Assembly (NCBI GenBank): GCA_002269645.1
Contig: NIVC01001785.1
Location: 1 to 64,000 of the forward strand
DNA: 64,000 nucleotides
Source of the DNA: Macrostomum lignano
Lineage: Eukaryota
Direction: 5' to 3'
Within the stretch, counting starts at the first letter, position 1. Each line of letters begins with the position of its first letter. The notes beneath the pieces are model-generated. The model searched no databases and was not told the origin of the DNA. It saw only the letters and a list, made by a program, of their open reading frames with translations. Shown one piece after another: positions 41,120 through 52,864 of this stretch. A program made the translations under genes and the position numbers.

Positions 41120-41355
41120 TTCAGCCAGTTCTGAATGCCGTTGCTCATGATCGGAACTACCAATCGAAACAAGAACTCGAAAAAGATAGCAGGAAGTTCA
41201 ATGCTTCTAATTTGAAGGATATGCCTGCGATGCTTCAACACCACATTACGCATCAGTTGAAGAAAGATTTTTTTCCAGGGTAGGACCCGCAATTTGCCAA
41301 GGCAAGACAAACCTTGGATGCTGCTATGAAGGAGACCCGTCCGCGAGGGAAAAAT
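41120..41355 (+). pseudogene. Probable Crypton/DUF3504 tyrosine-recombinase-related fragment with an in-frame stop
   Basis: EKDSRKFNASNLKDMPAMLQHHITHQLKKDFFPG*DPQFAKARQTLDAAMKETRPRGK resembles the KDG..Y..S.L...RA.LQRHL...DI..DPEF..AR..LDA.MK pattern as I recall it; TAG at 41281-41283. Confidence 0.45.
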
Positions 41356-42920
41356 ACTGCTCTTCTGCTGAGTGTACATACCATTTCAATCTGAACTTTG
41401 GCAAAAGTGACTTCAATTTTGGCCAGCCCATCGACAAAACGTTAATTTACCTTTCGGCAATGTCTATGGTACCAGGTAACTGTGGCAGAATCAGATAAAA
41501 GCCTAAAACAGTCACTGTTACTGATTCAATGATCTAAATTTCATTGATGAAGTCACTGAAAAAAAACATTTTCTTTTGTCCTCACGTTGCTTCAAAGCAA
41601 CGCTAGCTTCAGTGACAAATCTGTGAATGATCGCCTCGGCCTTGGTTCTCTTCATGTCAGTCGTCTCCAGTCTCTTCCTTCTTGGATGCTGCGCATCAAG
41701 CCGTTCTCCATCCTTCAGACCGCCACTCTAGGCCTCTGGTCCTGGGCCTCCTTGGACAAGCGCAGGTTGGTTTGAATTTTTAATTAGCCGAGCGGCTCGG
41801 TGTGAGATGGCAAACGAATTCTGTCACGAGAGAATTTCAAAAAACAGAAATCTAGTTCAAAATCTTTTTGCTTCATTGAATTGTCTTGAAATGACGGAAT
41901 TTGCTTCCAAGAGTTGGAAACTGACCGGATTAAAGGGGTGATTGTTATTTTGATCTGAGTCGGGATGCAGTAAGAGTGGGGATCTATAGAGATTAATGAT
42001 TCCGGGATCCACTAGGATTTAGCATCAGTAATCAAATAGAAATAGAGTCTATATCAATTAGGATCCGATAGGATTAGAGTGGTTAGGCATTAAGATTGGA
42101 GTTGGGACTCATTAAGAGTATAATACTGGTTTCAACTTTTATTGCGAACTATTGTATCAATAACTTCTATTGTATCCAGTAAGTTCCTATTTTTAGCTTT
42201 TACGAGCAGACTATATTCAGATGATAATTGTTCATTGCGAGGTACTATAAATATGAATTCACACTCTTAATTGTTTTATAGTGACAAGAGTACCTGACTT
42301 CGACAGTAACGGTGTCACAGTGTATTACATCACGCTTGTAACAATTCAATACGTAGACGGCAGCGCCAAATTAAATTGCCTTCTTTGAGGAAAGAGATGA
42401 TGATTTTTTGGACAGCTACAAGTTGAATTTGTGCCGGTTAAACGTTTCAAACATCTCTGTCTTCTAAGCTGTTTCGTTCGACATTTCTAATATATAAACA
42501 AAGTAATAATGTACCTACAAGCAATGCATTGCTACGCAGGATACCAGAAATGAAAGCGAAAATGCAGTTAAATGATTATATTCTAACACTTCATACCATC
42601 TTGAAAGTACGGGTACAATGTAAAACCACATTTGCAAGCCATAGGGTTTAAAAACATAGCTTACTTGCTGCGACAATTTCTTAATCTAGCGTAGGTTCTT
42701 TTACCCCTTTTAGTCCAATCAGGAGCTTTGGAAGCGATATTTGCGATTGGTTCGACTACTACCTGAGCAGCGAGTTGAAGTTCGCTGACAGACTCACCTA
42801 AGTTGAGAAGCAGTTTACTAACTGTTAACTCCTGGCACATTGTGGCAGCGCTTAAACGGCGAGCATCTCGAAATTCGTCTGGAACCGCTTGGAGCTCGCG
42901 AATTTTAGCAGCTGCCCATC

Positions 42921-43499
42921 ATGCGCCCGCTAATCTCTTGCTGGCTCTTTGTAGCCGCTCTTTGTCTGACCGCCGTTGCCGTCAGCAACGCGAACTCCAA
43001 CCTGGATGAAGACGATGACTACATTGGAGTAGCTCCTGAGCATGAGCAGCTCCGATACAACTCAAAAGGCCTCCGTAGAGATCTTCGTAAGTGGCAGTAC
43101 AACGGCGGCATGTTCGGAAAACGGCAGTACAACGGCGGCATGTTCGGAAAGCGGCAGTACAACGGCGGCATGTTCGGAAAGCGGCAGTACAACGGCGGCA
43201 TGTTCGGAAAACGGCAGTACAACGGCGGCATGTTCGGAAAACGGCAGTACAACAGCGGCATGTTCGGAAAACGGCAGTACAACGGCGGCATGTTCGGAAA
43301 ACGGCAGTACAACGGCGGCATGTTCGGAAAACGGCAGTACAACGGCGGCATGTTCGGAAAACGGCAGTACAACGGCGGCATGTTCGGAAAACGGCAGTAC
43401 AACGGCGGCATGTTCGGAAAACGGCAGTATAACGGCGGCATGTTCGGAAAACGGCAGTACAACGGCGGCATGTTCGGAAAACGGCAGTACGAAGAGTAA
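42921..43499 (+). CDS. Neuropeptide precursor, 192 aa, 13 copies of QYN(G/S)GMF-G-KR (predicted pQYNGGMFamide)
   Basis: Signal peptide MRPLISCWLFVAALCLTAVAVSNA, acidic spacer (LDEDDDY), RK site, then 13 x 10-aa units each ending Gly-Lys-Arg (amidation + convertase site), ending QYEE*. AG acceptor just upstream of the ATG; AATAAA at 43724. Confidence 0.93.
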   Translation: MRPLISCWLFVAALCLTAVAVSNANSNLDEDDDYIGVAPEHEQLRYNSKGLRRDLRKWQYNGGMFGKRQYNGGMFGKRQYNGGMFGKRQYNGGMFGKRQYNGGMFGKRQYNSGMFGKRQYNGGMFGKRQYNGGMFGKRQYNGGMFGKRQYNGGMFGKRQYNGGMFGKRQYNGGMFGKRQYNGGMFGKRQYEE

Positions 43500-43723
43500 A
43501 CTTTAAAGAGACGCGAACAGATAAAAATCTTATAATTCCATTAGCTACCGCTTGCGGTGAGCCGCATCAATGCGATGACCTGCGATTCAGCGGGACATTC
43601 CATGTGCTTGTTGTGCAATACCCTCGGCCTCTAACTTATTTCTTGGAAAATGACACTTCGATCTCTCTGAGAGAATAAGTAAAAAAGTGTTCAAGCACGA
43701 TGTTCACAATCAAAAGCTAACAC

Positions 43724-43729
43724 AATAAA
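43724..43729 (+). terminator. Polyadenylation signal of the neuropeptide gene
   Basis: AATAAA ~225 nt after the stop codon. Confidence 0.45.
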
Positions 43730-44224
43730 AAAATCAAAATCTTTTGATTGAAGACAAAGCTTGCACCGAAGCGTACGTGGTTTGTGTGTTCCTAAAACTC
43801 AATGTTCATTCATCAAGTCACTTGACTTTTCTTAAGGTTTGAATCTTGAGCCATCTTCGCTGAAAACATTTGGGAATAGTTCTCTATTCTCAAGTTACAT
43901 AGTACACTCAGCAACATGATAAAGTTTTTCACACCGAAACCAGTAGTCAAAATTTTCTCAGATCTACCCCCAAGTGAGCAACTTACAACCACGCCCGCGG
44001 TTCTGGTCTCAACTGTAGCTGAGTGATGCAGGTTGCGTCACAAGGCCGTAGCTTAGGCTGGTGAGGAGAGAGTGGAGAGTTTTGGCTAGAGTTGAATTAA
44101 TGTGCCGCTTGATGACCACTGGTTTCGGAAAGGAAACTTTTGCATGTTGCTGAATGTAGATCCTCTATCCTCTAGATGTAAATATACATCCTCTACCCCT
44201 TTTAAATGTGCATCCTTTCCAATC

Positions 44225-44580
44225 CTATGTGCACATTCTCTACCCCTCCAAATGTACATCCTCTCCCGCCCTAGTGCGAATTCTCTACCCCTCCAAATGT
44301 ACATCCTCTCCCGCCCTAGTGCGAATTCTCTACCCCTCCAAATGTACATCCTCTCCCGCCCTAGTGCGAATTCTCTACCCCTCCAAATGTACATCCTCTC
44401 CCGCCCTAGTGCGAATTCTCTACCCCTCCAAATGTACATCCTCTCCCGTCCAAAGTGCGCATTCGCTACCCCTCCTAAATGTACATCCTCTCCCGTCCTA
44501 AGTGCGCATTCGCTACCCCTCCTAAATGTACATTCACTCCCGTTATAAGTGTACATTCTCTACCCCTCCTTAGTGTATAT
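44225..44580. repeat. Minisatellite, 45-bp unit CTCTACCCCTCCAAATGTACATCCTCTCCCGCCCTAGTGCGAATT
   Basis: About 7-8 copies, degenerate at both ends. Confidence 0.92.
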
Positions 44581-44971
44581 ACTCTATCCCCTCCGACTAA
44601 ATTCTCTAGCCCTAAAAAGTACATAAAAGCCGAATACGAGTATAGGGTGATATCATGCTACAAACGAACCATAAACCATTCTATACAAGAACTTCATCTG
44701 CAGTATCTGCGACAAGTTAAGAAGCCACTGACAGTTCTTTTAAGCCTAGGCAAGCTAACGCACTCAATAGCCAAAGTCCACACAAGTCTAAATTTAAAGC
44801 CCACCCTCGCTGCTAAAGAGCCGTCCATTTATATTCAAACAGCAGCTGAAACTCCCCGGGGGACTGGAGCCGGCAACAAGAAAAACTTGATGGCCCATGA
44901 ATTAAGCAACAGTATGTATAGTGCTGCAGCCTGTAGTGCTTAGAGCGGCACCCAGATGGACGGCAACTTGC

Positions 44972-45079
44972 TATAAAACGGATCGTCTCGCATTGTTGAC
45001 TTAGGAACTTTCCACTCGCTCGCTCACTAATTCATGCAGCCGGTTTTCTCACTTTCACTCTCGCCTCCGATTAACCTGG
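44972..45079 (+). promoter_or_regulatory. TATA box plus putative non-coding first exon of an unidentified transcript
   Basis: TATAAAA at 44972, pyrimidine-rich leader, then CTGG|GTGAGC donor at 45080. Confidence 0.3.
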
Positions 45080-45644
45080 GTGAGCCATGATATAATTATG
45101 GGAATATAAACTTGTGGCTGAGCCAGTATCGACCCTGCATGGCAACCGCCTTTCAGCAGCCCCAGAGGGCAGCTCTCAAGCAGTTTACTCGGTGCGTCAC
45201 ACCCACGCTTCGATGCCAGATTTCTTCCTCGTTCGCAGAAAGAAACGCGAAATTTTATAAGTTTTGCCCAAAGTCATGCGCGCACGCGATTGGAGACTGA
45301 AATTGGCCATTAAAAACATGAAATAGCTAAAAAAATTGCAGGAAACTTCGGCAGCGACTGCAGAGCGTAGTTTGGTTCTAATGAGAAAAACAGCACGTAT
45401 CAGGCAAACGAATGCAGGGCCAGGAGCTCACGTGACTCGGTGGAGTAGCCTTGACTTACAGTTGCTTACTGTGCGGGAAGTGAGGACCGGGGACAAGTCT
45501 TATGGGGTTTCATCGTAGGGCGATTGTCTGTGATCAACAGGGCCAGCTTGAAGATTCTTATACATGCACATGCATCCGTGAGGAGGGAAGTTATAATGGC
45601 GGAAGAGCGGTTTTAGGCAATGCGACATCAAAAACGGCGATTGT

Positions 45645-45825
45645 TCAGGGGATTGGGAGGGCGATTGTTCAGGGAATCAGGAGGGCCATTGTTCAGGGGA
45701 TCGGGAAGGTGATTGTTCAGGGAATCAGGAGGGGCATTGTTCAGGGATCGGGAGGGCCATTAGGCAGGTTCAGGGCATTGGGAGGGTGATTGTTCAGGGG
45801 ATCGGGAGGGCGATTGGTCAGGGGA
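45645..45825. repeat. Minisatellite, 24-bp unit GGCGATTGTTCAGGGGATCGGGAG
   Basis: About 7 diverged copies. Confidence 0.88.
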
Positions 45826-46419
45826 TTAACGTAGTAAACTTCAAAGATAAAAAGGATAGCTTTTAAAACTATTTAGGAGTTGTTCATTCTGTGTGAATTG
45901 AATTGCAAAAAGATGTCAAGAAGGCAAAAATAGTTAAGCCAGATTTGAGAACACAAGACTTGCTGACTCAGAATGATAGGTCGCGTGCCGGCTGCTCTGT
46001 GGCGGCCAGCAACTGGGACCCGATGGCAGGCTGGCGCAATTAGCAGCCAGTGCCAGGGGTTGACAGAGACTTAAGGGAAAATCATCCCTGCCCAAGTCTA
46101 TACCTGACTGTTCACGCTCCGCATGGGGGGGCGGCTGAGGTTTCAGTCTATGACAGAAGGCCAATTAAGCGTGCGTACATGTATTCTGGCAGGCATCAGC
46201 CTGGGCGTAGAAATTATAATCAACTATCAGAGTTCTTTTGCATGATTAGGAGTTCGGCAAGGTAGCTCAGGTGTGACTGGGCGAATATGCCAGATAAGAG
46301 AAGGCCGCTAAATTTCTTCTTTTGGAAGTTTGTCGGAGTTGAACTTAATTGCGCTGTATAGTAACTGGACCAAAATCGTAACTCGATATACGAATTCAGG
46401 AGCCTCTGCACACAGCTAG

Positions 46420-47478
46420 ACTTCATACACTCCCTGACACAAATCACAGCTAGATTTCATACACTCCCTGACACAAATCACAGCTAGATTTCATACACTC
46501 CCTGACACAAATCACAGCTGGAATTCATACACTCCCTGACACAAATCACAGCTAGATTTCATACACTCCCTGACACAAATCACAGCTAGATTTCATACAC
46601 TCCCTGACACAAATCACAGCTGGAATTCATACACTCCCTGACACAAATCACAGCTAGATTTCATACACAGGCTGACACAAATCACAGCTAGATTTCATAC
46701 ACTCCCTGACACAAATCACAGCTAGATTTCATACACTCCGACACAAATCACAGCTAGATTTCATACACTCCCTGACACAAATCACAGCTGGAATTCATAC
46801 ACTCCCTGACACAAATCACAGCTAGACTTCATACACTCCCTGACACAAATCACAGCTAGATTTCATACACTCCGACACAAATCACAGCTAGATTTCATAC
46901 ACTCCCTGACACAAATCACAGCTAGATTTCATACACTCCGACACAAATCACAGCTAGATTTCATACACTCCCTGACACAAATCACAGCTGGAATTCATAC
47001 ACTCCCTGACACAAATCACAGCTAGATTTCATACACAGGCTGACACAAATCACAGCTAGATTTCATACACTCCCTGACACAAATCACAGCTAGATTTCAT
47101 ACACTCCCTGACACAAATCACAGCTAGATTTCATACACTCCCTGACACAAATCACAGCTGGAATTCATACACTCCCTGACACAAATCACAGCTAGATTTC
47201 ATACACTCCCTGACACAAATCACAGCTATATTTCATACACTTCCTGACACAAATCACAGCTAGATTTCATACACTCCCTGACACAAATCACAGCTGGAAT
47301 TCATACACTCCCTGACACAAATCACAGCTAGATTTCATACACTTCCTGACACAAATCACAGCTAGATTTCATACACTCCCTGACACAAATCACAGCTATA
47401 TTTCATACACTTCCTGACACAAATCACAGCTGGATTTCATACACTCCCTGACACAAATCACAGCTGGAATTCATACAC
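46420..47478. repeat. Minisatellite, 34-bp unit CACAAATCACAGCTAGATTTCATACACTCCCTGA
   Basis: About 31 copies. Confidence 0.96.
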
Positions 47479-48119
47479 AAAAGTAAAAAGCCAAAACATT
47501 CGAGCTTCATATTCGAGCGAGTTTAAATCAGAAAGTTTCCAGTAAATCTTTGATTTTATCCTGTAGCAGCTGGTCTATAATAGTTTGTATCGTCAATAAT
47601 TTTGTTAACACAGACAGGACAAAAACGCGGTAAGGAAGTTGAGAATTTTTCGAATTCTTTTGAGAAACCGGCACTAACAAAATGCACAACAGCGGCACAG
47701 GCAATAAATTCGAATCATCACTGTATCGTTCATCTCGAATGGAAATAATGGAATTAATTAAACGTTAAACACATAATAAAGTAGCGGTTAAACACGTTTT
47801 AACGCAATAAACAACATTTTAATTAGCATACAACACCCAAAACCGTAGCGTGTACAGTAGAGTCTAAGGTACATCAAGCAATAAAAAACGCAGAAAATGA
47901 AATCATGTAATTTTAAAACTAGAGCCATAAAACCAACCAAATTATATATTTTTTCGTTTAACGTACACCAATAGCACAAAGAAAACACTGTATAAATAAT
48001 GGAATACATTTAACAGTAGAAATACCTTTCTAAACTCTCACTCTGTCATACTGTCGATATCGATTTTCCTACGCACAAGTTGCAATACAATTGACGGGCA
48101 ACCTCACTCCCAACCCCTC

Positions 48120-49225
48120 CCTTTCTACCCGCCTTCTCTCTCCCTAGCCCCACTCTTCCTTACTATCAGCCTTCTCTCTCTCTCTCTCCCTAGCCCCACT
48201 CTTCCTTACTATCAGCCTTCTCTCTCTCTCCCTAGCCCCACTCTTCCTTACTATCAGCCTTCTCTCTCTCTCTCCCTAGCCCCACTCCTCCTTACTATCA
48301 GCCTTCTCTCTCTCTCCCTAGCCCCACTCTTCCTTACTATCAGCCTTCTCTCTCTCTCTCCCTAGCCCCACTCCTCCTTACTATCAGCCTTCTCTCTCTC
48401 TCCCTAGCCCCACTCTTCCTTACTATCAGCCTTCTCTCTCTCTCTCTCCCTAGCCCCACTCTTCCTTACTATCAGCCTTCTCTCTCTCTCCCTAGCCCCA
48501 CTCCTCCTTACTATCAGCCTTCTCTCTCTCTCTCTCTAGCCCCACTCCTCCTTACTATCAGCCTTCTCTCTCTCTCTCTCCCTAGCCCCACTCCTCCTTA
48601 CTATCAGCCTTCTCTCTCTCTCTCCCTAGCCTCACTCCTCCTTACTATCAGCCTTCTCTCTCTCTCTCTCTCTCTCCCTAGCCCCACTCTTCCTTACTAT
48701 CAGCCTTCTCTCTCTTTCTCTCCCTAGCCCCACTCTTCCTTACTATCAGCCTTCTCTCTCTCTCTCCCTAGCCCACTCTTCCTTACTATCAGCCTTCTCT
48801 CTCTCTCTCCCTAGCCCCACTCCTCCTTACTATCAGCCTTCTCTCTCTCTCTCCCTAGCCCCACTCCTCCTTACTATCAGCCTTCTCTCTCTCTCTCTCT
48901 CTCTCCCTAGCCCCACTCTTCCTTACTATCAGCCTTCTCTCTCTCTCTCTCCCTAGCCCCACTCTTCCTTACTATCAGCCTTCTCTCTCTCTCTCTCCCT
49001 AGCCCCACTCCTCCTTACTATCAGCCTTCTCTCTCTCTCTCTCTCTCTCCCTAGCCCCACTCTTCCTTACTATCAGCCTTCTCTCTCTCTCTCCCTAGCC
49101 CCACTCCTCCTTACTATCAGCCTTCTCTCTCTCTCTCTCCCTAGCCCCACTCTTCCTTACTATCAGCCTTCTCTCTCTCTCTCTCTCCCTAGCCCCACTC
49201 TTCCTTACTATCAGCCTTCTCTCCG
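48120..49225. repeat. Compound array: CCCTAGCCCCACTC(T/C)TCCTTACTATCAGCCTT plus a variable-length (CT)n in each unit
   Basis: About 25 copies immediately 3' of DNAJC1. Confidence 0.95.
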
Positions 49226-49344
49226 ACTTTATATTTTGTTTAAATCATTTACTACTAAATCAACTTGCATGGATTCTTATTCCGTCATCAGCCTGACCTT
49301 TGTGACCTTCAGCATGACTAATTATAGAATAACTAACTATAGAT

Positions 49345-52300
49345 TTATTCCTTTTTCAGCCGCAGCCGCTCGTTGATAATCTTGCACCGCTGGGCGCACT
49401 CGTCCGCGCTGCGGGAGCCCACGGCCGCAGCCACCTGATCCCAGCGCTCCTTCGTACCTTTGGGAAATTGTCTGAGCGCCGCCTCCAGCTTAGACTGCTC
49501 AGCCTGACTCCAGGCCCGAGTCCGCTGCTGAGCTTCATCTATATCGTCTTCTTCTGCTTTAACGGTTACGCCTCTCTGCTGCTGCTGCTGCTTCTGGCGC
49601 TTATTTCGACGCCTTCGCTGCGCCCTGCCGGCGCCGCCATCCGAATCGGCGTCGCTGTCCGTGTCCGATTCGCCGCACACCGCCGCCCCATCGGTGTTGA
49701 CTTCGAAAGCGGCGTTGAGGCTGGCGGCAGCCTGGCGCCGCATCTGCTGCTCGGCCTCGCGAGCCCGGGCGGCCACGTCCGGCACGGCGCGATGCAGCAG
49801 GGCGGCGATTTTCTCCCAGCGGCCGGGCGTGCCGCTTGGGAATCTGGCAACTGCCTTGACCAGAAGCTGCTGCTCCGCCTCGCTCCAGGGACCCTCGACT
49901 AGAGCCGGCGGAGTCGTTGATTCCGCCTGGTCGCCGTTGCTGATGGCGGCTTTGACTGGCGGAGTCGGCAACGGCTGCTGCTGTTCAGCCAGCAATTGCT
50001 GCTGCACCTGGGCCAGTTGCTGCTCCCGGCGCTCGCGTTTCTGCTGCTTTCTCTGCTCCCGCCTGCGGGCCTCCTCGGCTGCGGCTTCCGCTTCCGCTTT
50101 GGCCGCCCGCTTCCGTTGCAGTTCGGCGTCGCGCCAATCGGCCAGGCTGTCCAGCGCCCAGCGGCAGGCGCCTGGCGCGCCAACAGCGCAGGCGTAGAGG
50201 CCGCGACCGATGGCCAACGGCAGGAGGTCCCGCCAGCCTGGGCCCACTAGCGGCTCCTGTTCCAGCTCTTCTTCCAGTTGTTTCTGCTTTTTCTTGCTCT
50301 TCCGCCGGAATAGATCGTCGAATGCTAGTTTCCTTTCAATGTAGACACCCCACAGGACTAAATAGTGGCCGACTGTGAACGCCAAGCAGAACACCAGCAT
50401 CACTTCCGCTAAGCTCATCTTTCGCCACTTCCGGTAATAAAACATCGGGGTGCGCCAGTCGGGCAGCCCATTGTCAAGGATCTCGTCGTACCTGGCCAGG
50501 GTAGAGGGCAGATGGAGAGGTTCAGACTCGATTCTCGGTTCTCGTGATTGAAAAAAAACTTTGAATCAGGCCTAGGAGTGATTCTTGGTTCCCGGGCGGT
50601 TCTTGATTTTGGTTACCAGCCTTTCTTGAAAATTGGCCAACCCCACAACAGAGTGTACATGCCTGACGATGTACACCCTGTGTGAGCGTGTGCATGAGTG
50701 CGTGCACCGTTTGCAGGATGGTGTTGCCGAAGGCACTGCGCCAGGCTGCCCACAACCCAATTGCAAGTATTATTAGTAGGAGTTATTCTGAGAATATCTT
50801 ATGAAAATTCATTTTCGGAATTGACACCGCCGAGATACTTGCGAGCTGGGCGGATCCCACCTGAGCGCTCGCAATAAGGTATCATTACTTTAGGCATGAG
50901 AAATTTCCTAACGCGTCACAAAATGGGGAATTGAAGTATTCGATAAAAAAAGTACTTTTTCACCCGCTGGGATCAAAGCATAAAATTTGATGGACTATTA
51001 ACTTGATTAAAAGCTATTAACCGATCAAAAGGCATGTCATGTGTGTTACAAATCAGTATAATCACATAAAAGTTTTTAGCTTGTCTAGACACTTATATAG
51101 GACAATCGATAAATAAAAAATGGGGAAACACAAATGCTTGAAAGTAGACGATTATAATTGTATGCGTAGCTAATAACTAGATATTAGGAATGGGCTATTG
51201 CGAGCGTAAACAATCCAATTAGAATCGCCGAGGACACCCATTAAGAATCGCCCATGACACCATGAGGTATCGCCCATGACACCCATGAGGAATCGCCCAT
51301 GACACCATGAGGTATCGCCCATGACACCCATTAGGAATCGCCCATGACACCATTAGGAATCGCCCATGACACCATGAGGAATCGCCCATGACACCCATGA
51401 GGAATCGCCCATGACACCATGACGTATCGCCCATGACACCCATGAGGAATCGCCCATGACACCATGAGGTATCGCCCATGACACCATGAGGTATCGCCCA
51501 TGACACCATGAGGAATCGTCCATGACACCATGAGGTATCGCCCATGACACCCATTAGGAATCGCCCATGACACCCATGAGGAATCGCCCATGACACCATG
51601 AGGAATCGCCCATGACACCATGAGGAATCGCCCATGACACCATGACGTATCGCCCATGACACCCATGAGGAATCGCCCATGACACCATGACGTATCGCCC
51701 ATGACACCCATAAGGAATCGCCCATGACACCATGAGTAATCGCCCATGACACCATGAGGTATCGCCCATGACACCATGAGGAATCGCCCATGACACCCAT
51801 TAGGAATCGCCCATGACACCATTAGGAATCGCCCATGACACCCATTAGGAATCGCCCATGACACCATGAGGAATCGCCCATGACACCATGACGTATCGCC
51901 CATGACACCCATGAGGAATCGCCCATGACACCATGACGTATCGCCCATGACACCCATGAGGAATCGCCCATGACACCATGAGTAATCGCCCATGACACCA
52001 TGAGTAATCGCCCATGACACCATGAGGTATCGCCCATGACACCATGAGGAATCGCCCATGACACCATGAGGAATCGCCCATGACACCATGACGTATCGCC
52101 CATGACATCATGAGGAATCGCCCATGACACCATGACGTATCGCCCATGACACCATGAGGAATCGCCCATGACACCATGAGGAATCGCCCATGACACCATG
52201 AGGTATCGCCCATGACACCATGAGGAATCGCCCATGACACCATGACGTATCGCCCATGACACCATGAGGAATCGCCCATGACACCATGACGTATCGCCCA

Positions 52301-52760
52301 TGACACCATGAGGAATCGCCCATGACACCATGACGTATCGCCCATGACACCCATGAGGAATCGCCCATGACACCCATGAGGTATCGCCCATGACACCCAT
52401 GAGGAATCGCCCATGACACAATAAGGACTCGATGCCATTAAATCAAACGCACCTCCGCCTCAGAGTTTCATCCTTGAGCACTTCATTGATGGCGTTGAGT
52501 TTGCGGAAATAATCCACAGTCTCATCGTCGTGCTTGTTCACCCGATCCGGATGGTACTGCATCGACACCCGACGGAAGGCCCGTCGAATCTCCTGACTGC
52601 TGGCTTCACGTTTCGTGTTCAACAGTTCGTAGAAATTGCCGTTGACCTCTTCAACTAAGTCGAATAGTTGCAGCTCGCGCTGGTCGAATGCGCTAACGGA
52701 GGGCGCGTGGGATAGCACTAGCAGAGTCAGTAGTAGCGAGGGGAGCGGCCACACCTTCAT
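49345..52760 (-). CDS. DNAJC1: DnaJ homolog subfamily C member 1 (ERdj1/MTJ1): signal peptide, J domain, TM helix, two SANT/Myb domains, ~484 aa; complement(join(49345..50491,52453..52760))
   Basis: ELQLFDLVEEVNGNFYELL...YHPDR (HPD motif)...EVLKDETLRRR|YDEILDNGLPDWRTPMFYYRKWRKMS matches DNAJC1. Phase-2 GT-AG intron. SANT-like WSEAEQQLLVKAVARFPSGTPGRWEKIA and WSQAEQSKLEAALRQFPKGTKERWDQVA. Confidence 0.94.
51222..52420. repeat. Minisatellite, 22/23-bp unit ATCGCCCATGACACC(C)ATGAGGA, in the DNAJC1 intron
   Basis: About 53 copies. Confidence 0.96.
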
Positions 52761-52864
52761 GCCGATGGCTGCCAGGAATTTAGCATTTAATGAAAATGGC
52801 TTGTACGTTTCAAGTTAGAAAACTGTGAGCTGACGACGGAGAGGGTAATTCGTGATGAAGTGAT

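Noticed and set aside
41590-42800. GC-rich exon-like patch (41590-41770) and a strong minus-strand donor at 42797
   Set aside because: Plausible splice sites on both strands but no recognisable product or consistent gene model.
45502-45789. ORF containing YNGG, echoing the neuropeptide motif
   Set aside because: No signal peptide and no G-KR sites; it runs into the 24-bp array, so the match is likely chance.
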